A stretch of DNA of 64,000 nt, taken from the NCBI GenBank assembly GCA_049840735.1, contig JASGJN010000022.1, positions 160,001-224,000 on the forward strand, read 5' to 3'. The stretch's first letter is position 1. Each line of letters starts with the position of its first letter. Of the stretch, positions 24,859 through 35,240 are shown piece by piece. The notes under the pieces were generated by a model. The model ran no database searches. It was not told the DNA's origin and was given only the letters and a program-made list of their open reading frames with translations. This DNA comes from Anaeromyxobacter sp. (GTDB taxonomy: Bacteria > Myxococcota > Myxococcia > Myxococcales > Anaeromyxobacteraceae). Made by a program: the position numbers and the translations under genes.

Positions 24859-26049
24859 TCACCCCAAGGGCGCACGCGCTGGAGCAGGTGAAAGGGAGAG
24901 GGAGGGGATGAAGGCAGCCATCTTCTCGCGCCCGTAGGCGCCCACCGCCGCCCACTGGTTATGCGGACGGCAGCGGAGCCGAAGGTTGCGGGCGGTCGGC
25001 GGCCCGCCCTTCGCCTCCGGGTCGATGTGGTCCAGCTCCAGCTGCCAGCGGCTGCCGCAGCGGCGGCCGTCGGGCGAGACATAGGAGCAGCAGCCGCCGT
25101 CGCGCGCCCAGACCTCCCGCCGGACCTCGGCGGTGACGGTGCGAGGGTCGAAGCGGTACGGCGTGGCGATGAGGGGCACAGGCGCGTCGTCGCCCGACAA
25201 ACACTCGGACCCTGCCGAAAGGTCGGCGTCCACTGGCGCCGCAGCCGCAGCGTTCGTCGGCTCCGCCGCCCCCTTCCGCTTCGCATGCTTCTCGACCGCG
25301 CAGCTGATGGCCTCCTTGAGGACGTCCGCCAGGTTGCCGTCGGGAATCTTGTGGGAGAGGAGGTTGCGAAGGGTCTCGAGCTCGGCGCGTGCGTCGTCGT
25401 CCAGCGTGACCCGCAGCGACCACTGCTCGGCGTTGACGGGCCGAAGCTCGGGCCGGCTCTGGGCAGGGGAGGGAGCAGCGAGCACGAAGGCGGGCTCCGA
25501 GGAGACGGCCGGCTCCTGAGGCCGGGACGGAACCGCCTCAACCGACGCGGTCACCAGTGCAGTCACACCCGTTGGATCCACCGGACGGGGCTGGGGGGCG
25601 GCAGGGGGCTGAGAAGGGAGCCGACGTACCCCGTCCTTCGGCGCCTCGCGCGGCTTGATGGTGACGACCAGCCGCTCCACCTCGGCCTTGGACTTGAAGC
25701 CCGCGTTCCCGACCAGCTCCTCCAGGTTCGCCTCCGTCAGCACCTCGCGCAGCATCCCCAGCGTGGTGAGCGTGAGCCGCCCCTCTCGCAGCGGCGCCTC
25801 GAGGGAAGGGAACCGGGCGAGGAGACGCATGGTCGTGATGCGCCGGTACGCGCCGTCCTCGGAGAGGTGCAGCGCCTCCCGGCAGTACGCCCACAGCGAC
25901 GGGAACCCCTGGTCCAGGTAGAGCTTCCGCCGCTCGACCTCGGCCAGCACCAGCAGGAACTCGACCTTGATGCCCCGCTCGTCCGCAGCGAGCGACCGCA
26001 GGTGAGCGATGAGGGAGACGTTGTCCAGCGCATCGAGTCGAGCAGCCAT
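24859..26049 (-). CDS. HNH endonuclease with DUF222-like helical N-terminus
   Basis: RBS GGAGG then ATG at 26049; C-terminal RDGGCCSY..RC..ELDHIDPEAKGG..NLRLRCRPHN. Confidence 0.88.
   Translation of the reverse strand: MAARLDALDNVSLIAHLRSLAADERGIKVEFLLVLAEVERRKLYLDQGFPSLWAYCREALHLSEDGAYRRITTMRLLARFPSLEAPLREGRLTLTTLGMLREVLTEANLEELVGNAGFKSKAEVERLVVTIKPREAPKDGVRRLPSQPPAAPQPRPVDPTGVTALVTASVEAVPSRPQEPAVSSEPAFVLAAPSPAQSRPELRPVNAEQWSLRVTLDDDARAELETLRNLLSHKIPDGNLADVLKEAISCAVEKHAKRKGAAEPTNAAAAAPVDADLSAGSECLSGDDAPVPLIATPYRFDPRTVTAEVRREVWARDGGCCSYVSPDGRRCGSRWQLELDHIDPEAKGGPPTARNLRLRCRPHNQWAAVGAYGREKMAAFIPSLSLSPAPARAPLG
24861..24891. repeat. Direct repeat copy 1 (24 bp exact, 29/31 extended)
   Basis: ACCCCAAGGGCGCACGCGCTGGAG-CAGGTGA; second copy at 26426-26456. 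Confidence 0.9.
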
Positions 26050-26340
26050 GGCGTGCACCTCCAGCAGGTGCAGCCATCCTAACCGCGGATTTCGAGGGGC
26101 CCGCGGAGGCCCCTGGCGCATCGCCTGGCGCGAGATCTCGAGACCCCCTCTCCGCCCCCTCCCGCGCCTCCCCGCGCGCCGCAGGGATCACGAAGAGCGC
26201 TGCAGGAGAGCCGCTTCCTGCAGCCCCGTCCCGCGGAGACCGCCCCGCGCCCATTTCACGTCAAGCGAAATCTTCGCAATGCCTCGACACGCCCCACCTG
26301 CGCTTGCTCCAGCGCGCGGGTGACCTTGTTGGCGCCTGGG

Positions 26341-26387
26341 CTTCGACTCCGCGAGCCCTGCGGGCTCGCTACGCTCAGCCCGAACGG
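26341..26387 (+). repeat. REP-like palindromic repeat
   Basis: CTTCGACTCCG-hairpin-CTACGCTCAGCCCGAACGG, family seen several times in this window. Confidence 0.85.
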
Positions 26388-26425
26388 ATCCTTATCAGCA
26401 ATGACCTGACCCCACCACGGATTTG

Positions 26426-26456
26426 ACCCCAAGGGCGCACGCGCTGGAGTAAGTGA
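26426..26456. repeat. Direct repeat copy 2
   Basis: ACCCCAAGGGCGCACGCGCTGGAG-TAAGTGA. Confidence 0.9.
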
Positions 26457-26642
26457 CTGGCAGTTGACTCGAAGGGCTAGGCCCCCGGACAGCCGCGGCC
26501 GGAACCGCTCCGCTGTCAGCGCCCGAAGTCTCGCCGACTCACACCCGGACTGTCAGCGATGTCTTGACTGGGACCGACTGGTTCCCACTTGAGACGCCCC
26601 TCTTGCGCCTGCTCTGGAGCAGGCGCACCCGAAGTGAACACG

Positions 26643-27365
26643 CCCCTGTCCGTCCCCGTCCCCGTCCCCGCCACCCGTCCCCGTCCCCGCCACCCGTCCC
26701 CGTCCCCGCCATCCGCCCCCGCCCCCGCCCCCCGCCCCCGCTCCCGCCCCGCCCCGCTCCCGCCCCGCCCCGCTCCCGCCCCGCTCCCGCCCCGCTCCCG
26801 CCCCGCTCCCGCCCCGCCCCCGCTCCCGCCCCCGCTCCCGCCCCCGCTCCCGCTCCCGCTCCCGCTCCGCTCCCGCCCCCGCTCCCGCCCCCGCTCCCGC
26901 CCCCGCTCCCGCCCCCGCTCCCGCCCCCGCTCCCGCTCCCGCCCCCGCCCCCGTCCCCGTCCCCGTCCCCGTCCCCGCCCCCGCCCCCGTCCCCGTCCCC
27001 GTCCCCGTCCCCGTCCCCGCCCCCGCCCCCGTCCCCGTCCCCGTCCCCATCCCCGTCCCCGCTCCCGTCCCCGTCCCCGCTCCCGTCCCCGTCCCCGCTC
27101 CCGTCCCCGTCCCCGCTCCCGTCCCCGTCCCCGTCCCCGCCTCCCGCTCCCGCCCCCACTCCCGCTCCCGCCCCCACTCCCGCTCCCGCCCCCACTCCCG
27201 CCCCCGTCCCCGCTCCCGTCCCCGCTCCCGCTCCCGCCCCCGCCCCCCCACTCGCCCCCCCACCCGCCCCCCCACCCGCCCCGCCCACCCGCCCCCCCAC
27301 CCGCCCCCCCCACCCGTCCCCACCCGCCCGTCCCCACCCGCCCCGCTCCCCCCTCCCCAGCCCCA
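26643..27365. repeat. C-rich low-complexity hexamer tandem tract
   Basis: Runs of CCCCGT, CCCGCT, CCCCGC and CCCCAC units with very few A. Confidence 0.95.
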
Positions 27366-27497
27366 TTCACCCCTCGTCAACACAGCCCCGCCCACGGCGC
27401 CGGGGCAGGGGTTCCCCGGCGCCCTGTTCCGGCGGCAGGGTCACAGGCTAGACCCCGATGCCCGACACCCTCGCCCGTCACCGATTAGAACCCCCCC

Positions 27498-28058
27498 ATG
27501 CTCCGCGCCCCCACCTCTCCGCTCTGGCTCCCCATCGCCCTCGCCGACCTCCCCGCCACGCTGCAGGACCACGCGCACTGCGAGAAGAAGGCCGCCGCCA
27601 GCGCGCTCAAGCTGGTCGCCGACCACCCCGAGCGCGCAGCCCTGGTCCGCTCGCTGGCCCGCCTCGCGCAGGAGGAGCTGAACCACTTCCTGCAGGTCCT
27701 GGCCGAGCTCTCCGCCCGCGGCCTGACGCTGCCGCCCGACGGCGGCGATCCCGACGCGCAGGCGCTCCTCAAGCACGTCCGCAGCGGCGCGCCGGGCCGC
27801 CTCGTCGATCGCCTCCTGGTGGGCGCGCTGATCGAGGCGCGCAGCTGCGAGCGGCTCGAGCTCCTCGCCGGCGCGCTCCCCGAGCCGCGCCTGCGCGAGG
27901 TCTACGCGCGGCTCGCGCAGTCCGAGGCCGGGCACGAGCGGCTCTTCGTGGAGCTGGCGCGCGAGGCCGGGCCGGACGCGGACGCGCGCCTGGCCGAGCT
28001 GGCCGAGGCGGAGGCGGTGATCGTGGCGGGGTTGCCGCTCCTGCCGAGGATCCACTGA
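27498..28058 (+). CDS. miaE: tRNA-(ms2io6A)-hydroxylase
   Basis: DHAHCEKKAA, LAQEELNHF, DRLLVGALIEARSCER, SEAGH di-iron motifs. Confidence 0.93.
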   Translation: MLRAPTSPLWLPIALADLPATLQDHAHCEKKAAASALKLVADHPERAALVRSLARLAQEELNHFLQVLAELSARGLTLPPDGGDPDAQALLKHVRSGAPGRLVDRLLVGALIEARSCERLELLAGALPEPRLREVYARLAQSEAGHERLFVELAREAGPDADARLAELAEAEAVIVAGLPLLPRIH

Positions 28059-28130
28059 GCGGCGAAGCGTCCTGCACCGCTCGCCGGGAGACACCGGGCG
28101 AGCGGCCCGTGCTGCGTGAACGCGGCCGCG

Positions 28131-28361
28131 CTAGGCGGCGCGGAGGCCGAGCGGCTTGAGCGCGCCGGCGCCCTGGGCCAGGCAGGCCTCGAAGGCGTCG
28201 CGGGTGCGGGGCGCGATGCCGTTCTGCGCGTCGAAGGCGGCGAACTCGGCCACGGCGCGCGCCAGCGCGGACAGGCCGGAGCTGGCCTGCGCAGGGCCGG
28301 TGAGCGGGTCGTACTCGTCGTAGGCCCGGAGGTACAGGAGGTGGAGCTGGGCGCTCGTCAC
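28131..28361 (-). CDS. Small hypothetical protein (76 aa)
   Basis: GTG start after [28 protein letters not shown]..; GC3-rich codons. Confidence 0.55.
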   Translation of the reverse strand: MTSAQLHLLYLRAYDEYDPLTGPAQASSGLSALARAVAEFAAFDAQNGIAPRTRDAFEACLAQGAGALKPLGLRAA

Positions 28362-28548
28362 GGTGGTCCTCTCTCCGGCCACCCACCCGCCCACGCCCGC
28401 CCTCGCACTGCAGCCGGACACCCATATCGTGACCATCCTGGCGGGCGAGCGCAAGCCCACCTGGTGTCTGGCAGCCAGGTCTTCCAGGACCGTCACCGCG
28501 GTGAGGCGCGGGCGTCGCAGGGGGTGGAAGACCACCCCTGCGCACCTC

Positions 28549-30933
28549 TCACGGTCCCCCCGACCGCACGACGAAGTCGTCGAAGTGCACCCCAGCCGTG
28601 TAGGTCCAGAGGCCGGCCTGGCCCGGGCCGCCGATGGCGCTGGGGCTCGCGTCGGTGGCGCTGAGCCGCGCCACCCCATCCACCGTCACGGTCAGCGTCA
28701 CCGGCCCCGCCCCGATCGCGCTGAGCCCCAGCCGCAGGAAGGCGGAGCGGTCGGTCACCACGCCCGGCAGCTCGCCCAGCACGGTGGGCCTGCCGGCCAG
28801 CAGCCGGCGGATCTGGAGCCGGCCGCTGGCCAGCAGGATGGCGTCGTACCGGTCGCTGGTGGAGGCGGCGCCGCGCACGAAGACGCCCGCCTCCTGCGAG
28901 GCTCCCGGCTGCACCCGCGCCTCGGCGGTGCAGTCGAGGCAGGCGGGCGCGCCGGTGGCCGTGGCGCGGTCGGGGGTGTCCGCGGCCACCGAGACCGCTG
29001 TCGTCCCGTCCGCGCGGTACGCGCCGCGCAGCGTCCAGGCCGAGCCCAGCCCGTCCTGCACCCGGTCGAAGGCGTCGGTGAAGATCGTGTCGCCGCTGGG
29101 CGGCGGCGGCGGCGGGGGAGGAGGGGGCGGAGGGGGAGGCGGCGGCGGCGGCGTGACGCCGCCGGCGGCGCTCAGCGCGAAGTCGTCGAAGCGGACGCCG
29201 GGCGAGTAGGTCCAGAGCCCGGCCCAGCCCGGCCCGCGCACCTGCGCCGCGCTGGCGTCGCTGACCTGCAGCCTCGCCACGCCGCCCAGGGTCCCCACCA
29301 GCACCACCGGGTCGGCGCCGGTGGCCGAGAGCCCCAGCCGCGTCCAGCCGCCCGGGTTGACGAGGCCGCTCGGCGCCTGCGCCAGCACCGTGGGGGCCCC
29401 GTTCACCAACCGTCTCAGCAGCAGCCGGCCGTCCGGGACGATCAGCAGGTCGTAGCGGCTGGAGCTGTCCGCCGCCCCGCGCACGAACACCCCCGCCTCC
29501 GGCGCCCCGCCGGACTGGACCGAGACCTCGGCCAGGCAGTCGGCGCAGGCCGCCGCGCCGGTGGCGGTGGCGCGGTCGGCGCCTCCGGCGGTGGAGACCG
29601 CGTTGCCGTCGGCCGCGTAGCCGCCGCGCACCGTCCAGCTCGAGCCCAGGCCCGGAGCGGTCCGGGCGAAGGCGTCGGTGAAGAGGACCGTGCCAGGGGG
29701 CGGCGGCGGCGGGGGAGGGGGAGGGGGTGGCGGCGCCGCGCCCGGCGGCCAGGGAAGGACCGACGCCACCTCGTTCCCGGCCACGCCGTCGGCCGGCTGC
29801 GAGGCGTAGAGCACCGGGACGCCGGTGGCGGCCGCGACGGTCGGGTCGAGCGCCTCGGCCGCGGCCGGGTAGCACTTGAAGGTGGCCGCCCCGTCCACCA
29901 CCACCTCGGCCCCGAACCCGCCCGCGCCCATCACCCGCGCCACCAGCGCCACGTTCGAGCCGGCCACCACCGGCTTGTTGTAGAAGACCACCAGCTGGTC
30001 GCCGAGCCGGGTGGTGGCGGGCTGGATGGCCCAGTCGGCGCTGCCGGCCAGCAGCGTGGCCGCCCCGAAGCCGCTCCCGTCGAAGCGGCGGTACCAGAGC
30101 CGCTCGTCCTCGCTCTTGTAGGCCAGGTCGATCCCGCCGGCGCCGTCCGGCGCGGCCGAGAGCGCGGCCCCGTGGTAGATGCCCTCCGGGAAGGCCACCT
30201 GCTCCGCCCCCCAGCTGCCCAGCGGATCGCCGTCGCTGCGCACGCGGTAGCGCGCCGGCGTGCCAGCGTCGTGGCCGTCGTAGACCGCCAGCACCCGCCC
30301 GCCGCTGGCCAGGATCCGGCCGCCGCCGCGGACCGGGAGCCGCGCCAGGTCTGGCTGGTCGGAGAAGGTGGCGCCGCCGTCGGCGCTGACCGAGACCACC
30401 GCGGTCGAGGCGCCGCCGCTCTCCAGCCGGAAGGCCATCACCCAGAGCCGCCCGGCGCCGTCTCGGGTCAGCTCGGCCCGGTAGTAGCCGGTGCCGTCCG
30501 AGGGCGAGTCGCGCACCCGCACCGGCGGCTGCGGCGAGAGCCGGCCGGTGGCCGGGTCGAGCCGCCACCACTGGAACCAGACGTCGTACCGGGCCGAGGC
30601 CAGGTTGGCCGACTCGACCGAGTAGACCATGGCCACGTCGCCGCCCACCTGGACCAGGTCGGCCTCGTCACGGATCGACCAGTCCGGCTGGATGTCGGCC
30701 TCGTAGCTCCAGCGGACGAGGTCCGCCGAGCGCATGAAGCAGAGCCCGCGCCCGTCGTTGCCGTCGCGCTGGATGGCCACCAGCCAGTACGGCGCCAGGC
30801 CCGGCGCCGCCACGCGCACCAGGTGGCGCTGGGCGGGGAGGGTGAGCTCGTTGCCCCACACCAGCGGGGCGACGGGCGAGGCAGCGAGCAGCGCCGGGAG
30901 GAGCAGGCCGGCGGCGAGCGAGGGGAAGGGCAT
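28549..30933 (-). CDS. Secreted protein: BNR/sialidase-like N-terminal domain, poly-Pro linkers and two repeated beta-sandwich domains
   Basis: Signal peptide; SADGGATF Asp-box; two repeats FTDAF..GLGSxWT..GVxFDDF, each preceded by a poly-Pro run. Confidence 0.75.
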   Translation of the reverse strand: MPFPSLAAGLLLPALLAASPVAPLVWGNELTLPAQRHLVRVAAPGLAPYWLVAIQRDGNDGRGLCFMRSADLVRWSYEADIQPDWSIRDEADLVQVGGDVAMVYSVESANLASARYDVWFQWWRLDPATGRLSPQPPVRVRDSPSDGTGYYRAELTRDGAGRLWVMAFRLESGGASTAVVSVSADGGATFSDQPDLARLPVRGGGRILASGGRVLAVYDGHDAGTPARYRVRSDGDPLGSWGAEQVAFPEGIYHGAALSAAPDGAGGIDLAYKSEDERLWYRRFDGSGFGAATLLAGSADWAIQPATTRLGDQLVVFYNKPVVAGSNVALVARVMGAGGFGAEVVVDGAATFKCYPAAAEALDPTVAAATGVPVLYASQPADGVAGNEVASVLPWPPGAAPPPPPPPPPPPPPGTVLFTDAFARTAPGLGSSWTVRGGYAADGNAVSTAGGADRATATGAAACADCLAEVSVQSGGAPEAGVFVRGAADSSSRYDLLIVPDGRLLLRRLVNGAPTVLAQAPSGLVNPGGWTRLGLSATGADPVVLVGTLGGVARLQVSDASAAQVRGPGWAGLWTYSPGVRFDDFALSAAGGVTPPPPPPPPPPPPPPPPPPSGDTIFTDAFDRVQDGLGSAWTLRGAYRADGTTAVSVAADTPDRATATGAPACLDCTAEARVQPGASQEAGVFVRGAASTSDRYDAILLASGRLQIRRLLAGRPTVLGELPGVVTDRSAFLRLGLSAIGAGPVTLTVTVDGVARLSATDASPSAIGGPGQAGLWTYTAGVHFDDFVVRSGGP

Positions 30934-30981
30934 GGCCCTCCTCAAGCTCGCCGCCCCGGCGCCGGGCCGACAGGCCCCGGT

Positions 30982-33704
30982 TCAGCGCTGGCCGGTGGGC
31001 TCGCCCTTCAGCGCGCCGTCCACGCCCGCCTCCACCGGCGCCGGCAGCCCCGCCTGCTGCAGCTGCGGCAGCACCCTGGCCCGATCGCCCACCAGCACCA
31101 CCGTCAGCCCGCCAAAGCCGTAGGGACCGCTCCGCGCCTCGGCGACCGCCGCGGCGGCGTCCACGCGGGCGAGCGCCGCCGCGTCGGCCGCCAGCGCGCC
31201 CGCCGGCCTCCCCTCCCGCACCGCGCCGGCCATGAAGGCCGCCAGCGCGTGGCTGGTGCCCGCCGCCTCGACCAGATCGTGGCGGACCAGCTCGCGGGCC
31301 TTGGCCGTCTCCTCGCTGGTCGGGCCGCCGGCCGCCAGGCCGTCCAGCTCGCGCCGCAGCTCCACCAGCGCCGGGCCGGTCACCTCGGTCTGCACCGAGG
31401 TCAGGGTCGCGAAGGTGGCCTGGCCGCCCTCCACCTGGAAGCCGCTGCGGACGCCGTAGGTGTAGCCGTGCTGCTCGCGCAGGTTCTGGTTGAGGCGCGA
31501 GGTGAAGGAGCCGCCCAGCACGGTGTTGACCGCGCTGCGCACCGCCCGCGCCGGCTCGTCCAGCACCTCTGCCGGGCGGACCGCCACGATGAACGTCTGC
31601 GGCGCGCCGGGCCGGTCCACCAGCACCAGCCGCCCGCCCGGCGCGGGCCGGGCCGGCGGCAGCGCCAGCGCGGGCGGCGCGCCGGCGCCGCGCCAGTCGC
31701 CCAGCCGCGCCTCCAGCGCCTTGCGCAGCGCCGCCACCTCGAAGTCGCCCGCCACCACCAGCACCGCGCCGCGCGGGTCGAGCAGCCGCGGCGCCAGCGC
31801 CGCCAGGTCGGCGCGCGTGATCCCGCGGACCGTCTCCGCCCAGCCGTCCACCGGTCGCCCGCGGGGATCGTCCCGTCCCCACAGCGCCGCCGCGGCCACC
31901 ACCGGCCCCAGCAGATGTGGGTCATCCGGGCGCGCCTCCACCCGGGCCAGCGCCAGCGCCGCCTCGCGGGAGCAGTCGCTGGCGGTCAGGTTGGGCCGGC
32001 GCGCGGCGTCGGCCAGCAGGTCCAGCGTGGGCAGCAGGTTGGCGGAGAGGCCAGCCACCGACAGCTGCAGGAAGCCCGGGGTGGCGCTGGCCTCGAAGCT
32101 CGCGCCCAGCGCGCCCGCCGCGTCGGCGAAGTCCGGCCCGCTCCGGCCGCCCGCGCCCGAGGTGAGCAGCTCGGCGAGGATGGAGGCCAGCCCGGCCTGC
32201 TTCGCCGGGACCGCCCGGGCGCCGCCGGGGAAGAGCAGGTGCGCGGTGAAGAGGCCGGTGCCGGGGAGCGGCACGGCGCGGACCTCGACGCCGCTCGCCA
32301 GCTGGAAGACGGACGGAGCCGGCGGCTGGAAGGGGCGGGCGGCCAGGTCGGCCGGGCGGGCGTCGGGGATCTGGCCGGCCGCGCCGGCCGGGAGCACGCG
32401 CAGGTCGAGCCGGCCCGCGCCGAGCGAGCGGGCCGCGTCGCGCAGGCCGGCGGCGGTGGCGCGCTGGTAGCGGGCCAGGTCCAGGGCGAAGCCGTCCGGC
32501 ACGCCCAGGTAGGTGCGGTACAGGTTGAGCCGGTCGGCGCGCCGGGTCAGGTTCTCGCGCGCCGAGAGCAGGCCCAGCTGCGCCTGCGCCTTCACCCGGC
32601 GCAGCTCCGGCGCGGTGGGCCCCTTCTCCGCCAGCTGCGCCACCGCCGCCAGCACCTCGCGCTTCACCTGCTCCAGGTCGGCGCCGGGCGTGCCGGTCAC
32701 CTCGATCCGGAAGAGCGAGCCCAGCGCCCGGTCCTCCTGGTAGACCGCCACCGACTCGGCGATCCGGAGGTCCTGCACCAGCCGCCGGACCAGCCGCGAG
32801 GAGAGGCCCTCGCCCAGCACGTCCGCCAGCAGGTCCAGCTCCGCCGTGCCCGGCGCGAAGGCGGCCGGCGCGTGCCAGGCCAGGATCAGCTTCGGCAGCT
32901 CCACCTGATCGGTCACCACCCGCCGGACCTCGCGCGTGAGGCGCGCCGGCGCGGCGGCGGCCGGCGCCGGGGCGGGCGCGGCCGGGATGGCGCCGTAGAG
33001 CTGCTCGACGAGCGGCCGGACGGCGTCCGGGTCGAAGTCGCCGGCCACCACCAGCGTGGCGTTGGCGGGCACGTACCAGGACCGGAAGAAGTCCTTCACG
33101 TCCTGGAGCGAGGCGGCCTCCAGGTCGGCGTGGCTGCCGATCACCGGGTGGTGGTACGGGTGGCCGGGGGGGTACATGGCCTCCGGGACCACCAGCTCGG
33201 CGGCGCCGTAGGGCGTGTTCTCGTAGGACTGCCGCCGCTCGTTGCGCACCACCCCGCGCTGCAGGTCCACCTTCTCCGCCGTCATGGCGTCGGCCAGGGA
33301 CTGGAACCGGTCGGCGTCCAGCCAGAGCAGGGTGGGCAGGAGCGTCGAGGGGCCCCAGCTGAAGTAGTTGGTCCGGTCCTCGCTGGTGGAGGCGTTGTTG
33401 GCGCCGCCCCCGACTCCATCAGCACGTCGAACTGGTTCCCCGGCACCCGCTTCGTGCCCATGAACATCAGGTGCTCGAACAGGTGGGCGAAGCCGGTGCG
33501 GCCCGGGGCCTCGTCCCTGGAGCCGACCTGGAACCAGGTGTTCAGGGTGACCTGCGGCAGCCGGTGATCCGGGTGCAGCATGACCGTGAGCCCGTTGGGC
33601 AAGGTGAAGACCCGCACGTCCAGCGGGGGAGGGACAGCGGCGGGGCGGGACGCCTGGGGGGCGGCCGCCAGGAGCAGCGAGAGCGATAGCGCGAGCGAGG
33701 TCAT
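30982..33704 (-). CDS. M16 family zinc peptidase (frameshift in C-run near 33410)
   Basis: TLPNGLTV, GFAHLFEHLMFMGT (HxxEH), SRLNQNLREQHGYTYG. Confidence 0.92.
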
Positions 33705-33918
33705 CGGATGTTCCCCCGGGGACCGCCGCAGCCTACCGCCAAACCCCGTGCGGCGGTTCAGCACGTACCCGCGTGAACCCGCGGCGTGGTAGAAGCCCAC
33801 GGTGCGTCAGAAGCTTGCCATGATCGCGGCGGCTGCCACCTGCGCCTTCCTCCTCGCTGCAGCGCTCCTGCTCGCCTTCGCGCGGGGGCTCGCGCCGTGA
33901 AGAATCACCTACGAGGGC

Positions 33919-35229
33919 GTGGCGCGGTCGGGCCTCTGGGTCGGTCTCTACATCCTGCTCGCGCTGTACCCGCTGCTCTGGCTGGCGGCCTCGCCGCTGG
34001 GCACGCGCGGGTTCCAGCAGGAGCTGGGCGCGGCGCTGGGCTTCCTGGCGCTCTCGACCATGGCCATGCAGTTCGCCCTGACCGCGCGCTTCAGCTGGAT
34101 GGCGCCGCCGTTCGGGACCGACCTGGTCTACGCCTTCCACCGCTACATCACCGCCGCCGCCATCCTCTTCGCCGCCCTGCACCCGCTCTTCATGCTGGAC
34201 TGGGACGTGGCCTGGGTGGCGCAGAGCCTGATCCCCTCCGGCTGGTACGAGGCCTCCCTCGCGGCCGGCGTGCTGGCGCTCTACGCGCTGATCCTCCTGG
34301 CGGTGACCTCCTTCTGGCGGCGCCAGCTCCGGCTCGCCTACGAGCCCTGGCGCTACCTGCACATCGTCTTCGCCGTGCTGGCCGTCTGCCTGGGGCTCTG
34401 GCACGCGGTCAGCTCCAAGCAGCTGCTGGGCAACACCGTCAGCCGCGTGATGTGGGTGACCTGGACCCTGCTCTGGGCCGGCCTGATCGTCCGCGTCCGC
34501 GTGCTGAAGCCGCTGCTCCTGCTCCGCCGCCCGTACAAGGTGACCGGCGTCCGCAAGGAGCACGGCGGCGCGGTCACGCTGGTGCTCGATCCCGACGGCC
34601 ACGACGGCTTCCGCTTCCGCGCCGGCCAGTTCGCCTGGCTGACCCTGGGCCGCTCCCCCTTCGCCGGCGCCGAGCACCCCTTCTCCATCTCCGGCTCCGC
34701 CCAGCGCGCGCCGCGCGTGGAGCTGACCATCCGCGCCCTGGGCGACTTCACCCGCGCCGTGCAGGAGACCAGGCCCGGCACCCGCGCCTACGTGGACGGC
34801 CCGTTCGGCTCCATGTCGCTCGACGCCGTGCCCGACGCCGACCGCTACTTCTTCGTGGCCGGCGGCATCGGCATCGCCCCCTGCGTCTCCATGCTCCGCA
34901 CCCTCGCCGATCGCGGCGACCGGCGCCCGCACACCATCGTGTACGGCACGCTGGACTGGGAGCACACGCCGCTGCGCGAGGAGCTGGCCGAGCTGGCCAG
35001 CCGGCTCGACCTCAAGGTCGTGCACGTGCTGGAGAAGCCGCCGCTCGGCTGGCTGGGCGAGGTCGGGATCATCACGCAGGACCTGCTCGACCGCCACCTG
35101 CCCCGCAGCGGCCGCCGCGTCTGCTTCATCTGCGGCCCGCCGCGGATGATGGACGCGACCGAGCGCGCGCTGGCCCGGCTGGACGTCCCGCTGGAGGACA
35201 TCCACTCCGAGCGGTTCGATCTGGTGTAG
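33919..35229 (+). CDS. Ferric reductase-like TM domain + FAD/NAD-binding oxidoreductase
   Basis: TM His residues (FHR, LH, WRYLH, WH), EHPFSIS, DGPFG, AGGIGIAP, ICGPPRM. Confidence 0.9.
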   Translation: MARSGLWVGLYILLALYPLLWLAASPLGTRGFQQELGAALGFLALSTMAMQFALTARFSWMAPPFGTDLVYAFHRYITAAAILFAALHPLFMLDWDVAWVAQSLIPSGWYEASLAAGVLALYALILLAVTSFWRRQLRLAYEPWRYLHIVFAVLAVCLGLWHAVSSKQLLGNTVSRVMWVTWTLLWAGLIVRVRVLKPLLLLRRPYKVTGVRKEHGGAVTLVLDPDGHDGFRFRAGQFAWLTLGRSPFAGAEHPFSISGSAQRAPRVELTIRALGDFTRAVQETRPGTRAYVDGPFGSMSLDAVPDADRYFFVAGGIGIAPCVSMLRTLADRGDRRPHTIVYGTLDWEHTPLREELAELASRLDLKVVHVLEKPPLGWLGEVGIITQDLLDRHLPRSGRRVCFICGPPRMMDATERALARLDVPLEDIHSERFDLV

Positions 35230-35240
35230 GGCGGGGCACC

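Noticed and set aside
24859..26049. IscB/Cas9-like identity for the HNH protein
   Set aside because: No RuvC motifs or PLMP domain are visible; the HNH is C-terminal to a helical domain
26516..27488. Gly-rich and Pro-rich ORFs across the C-rich tract
   Set aside because: Open in five frames only because the hexamer repeat lacks stop codons; no RBS or domain support
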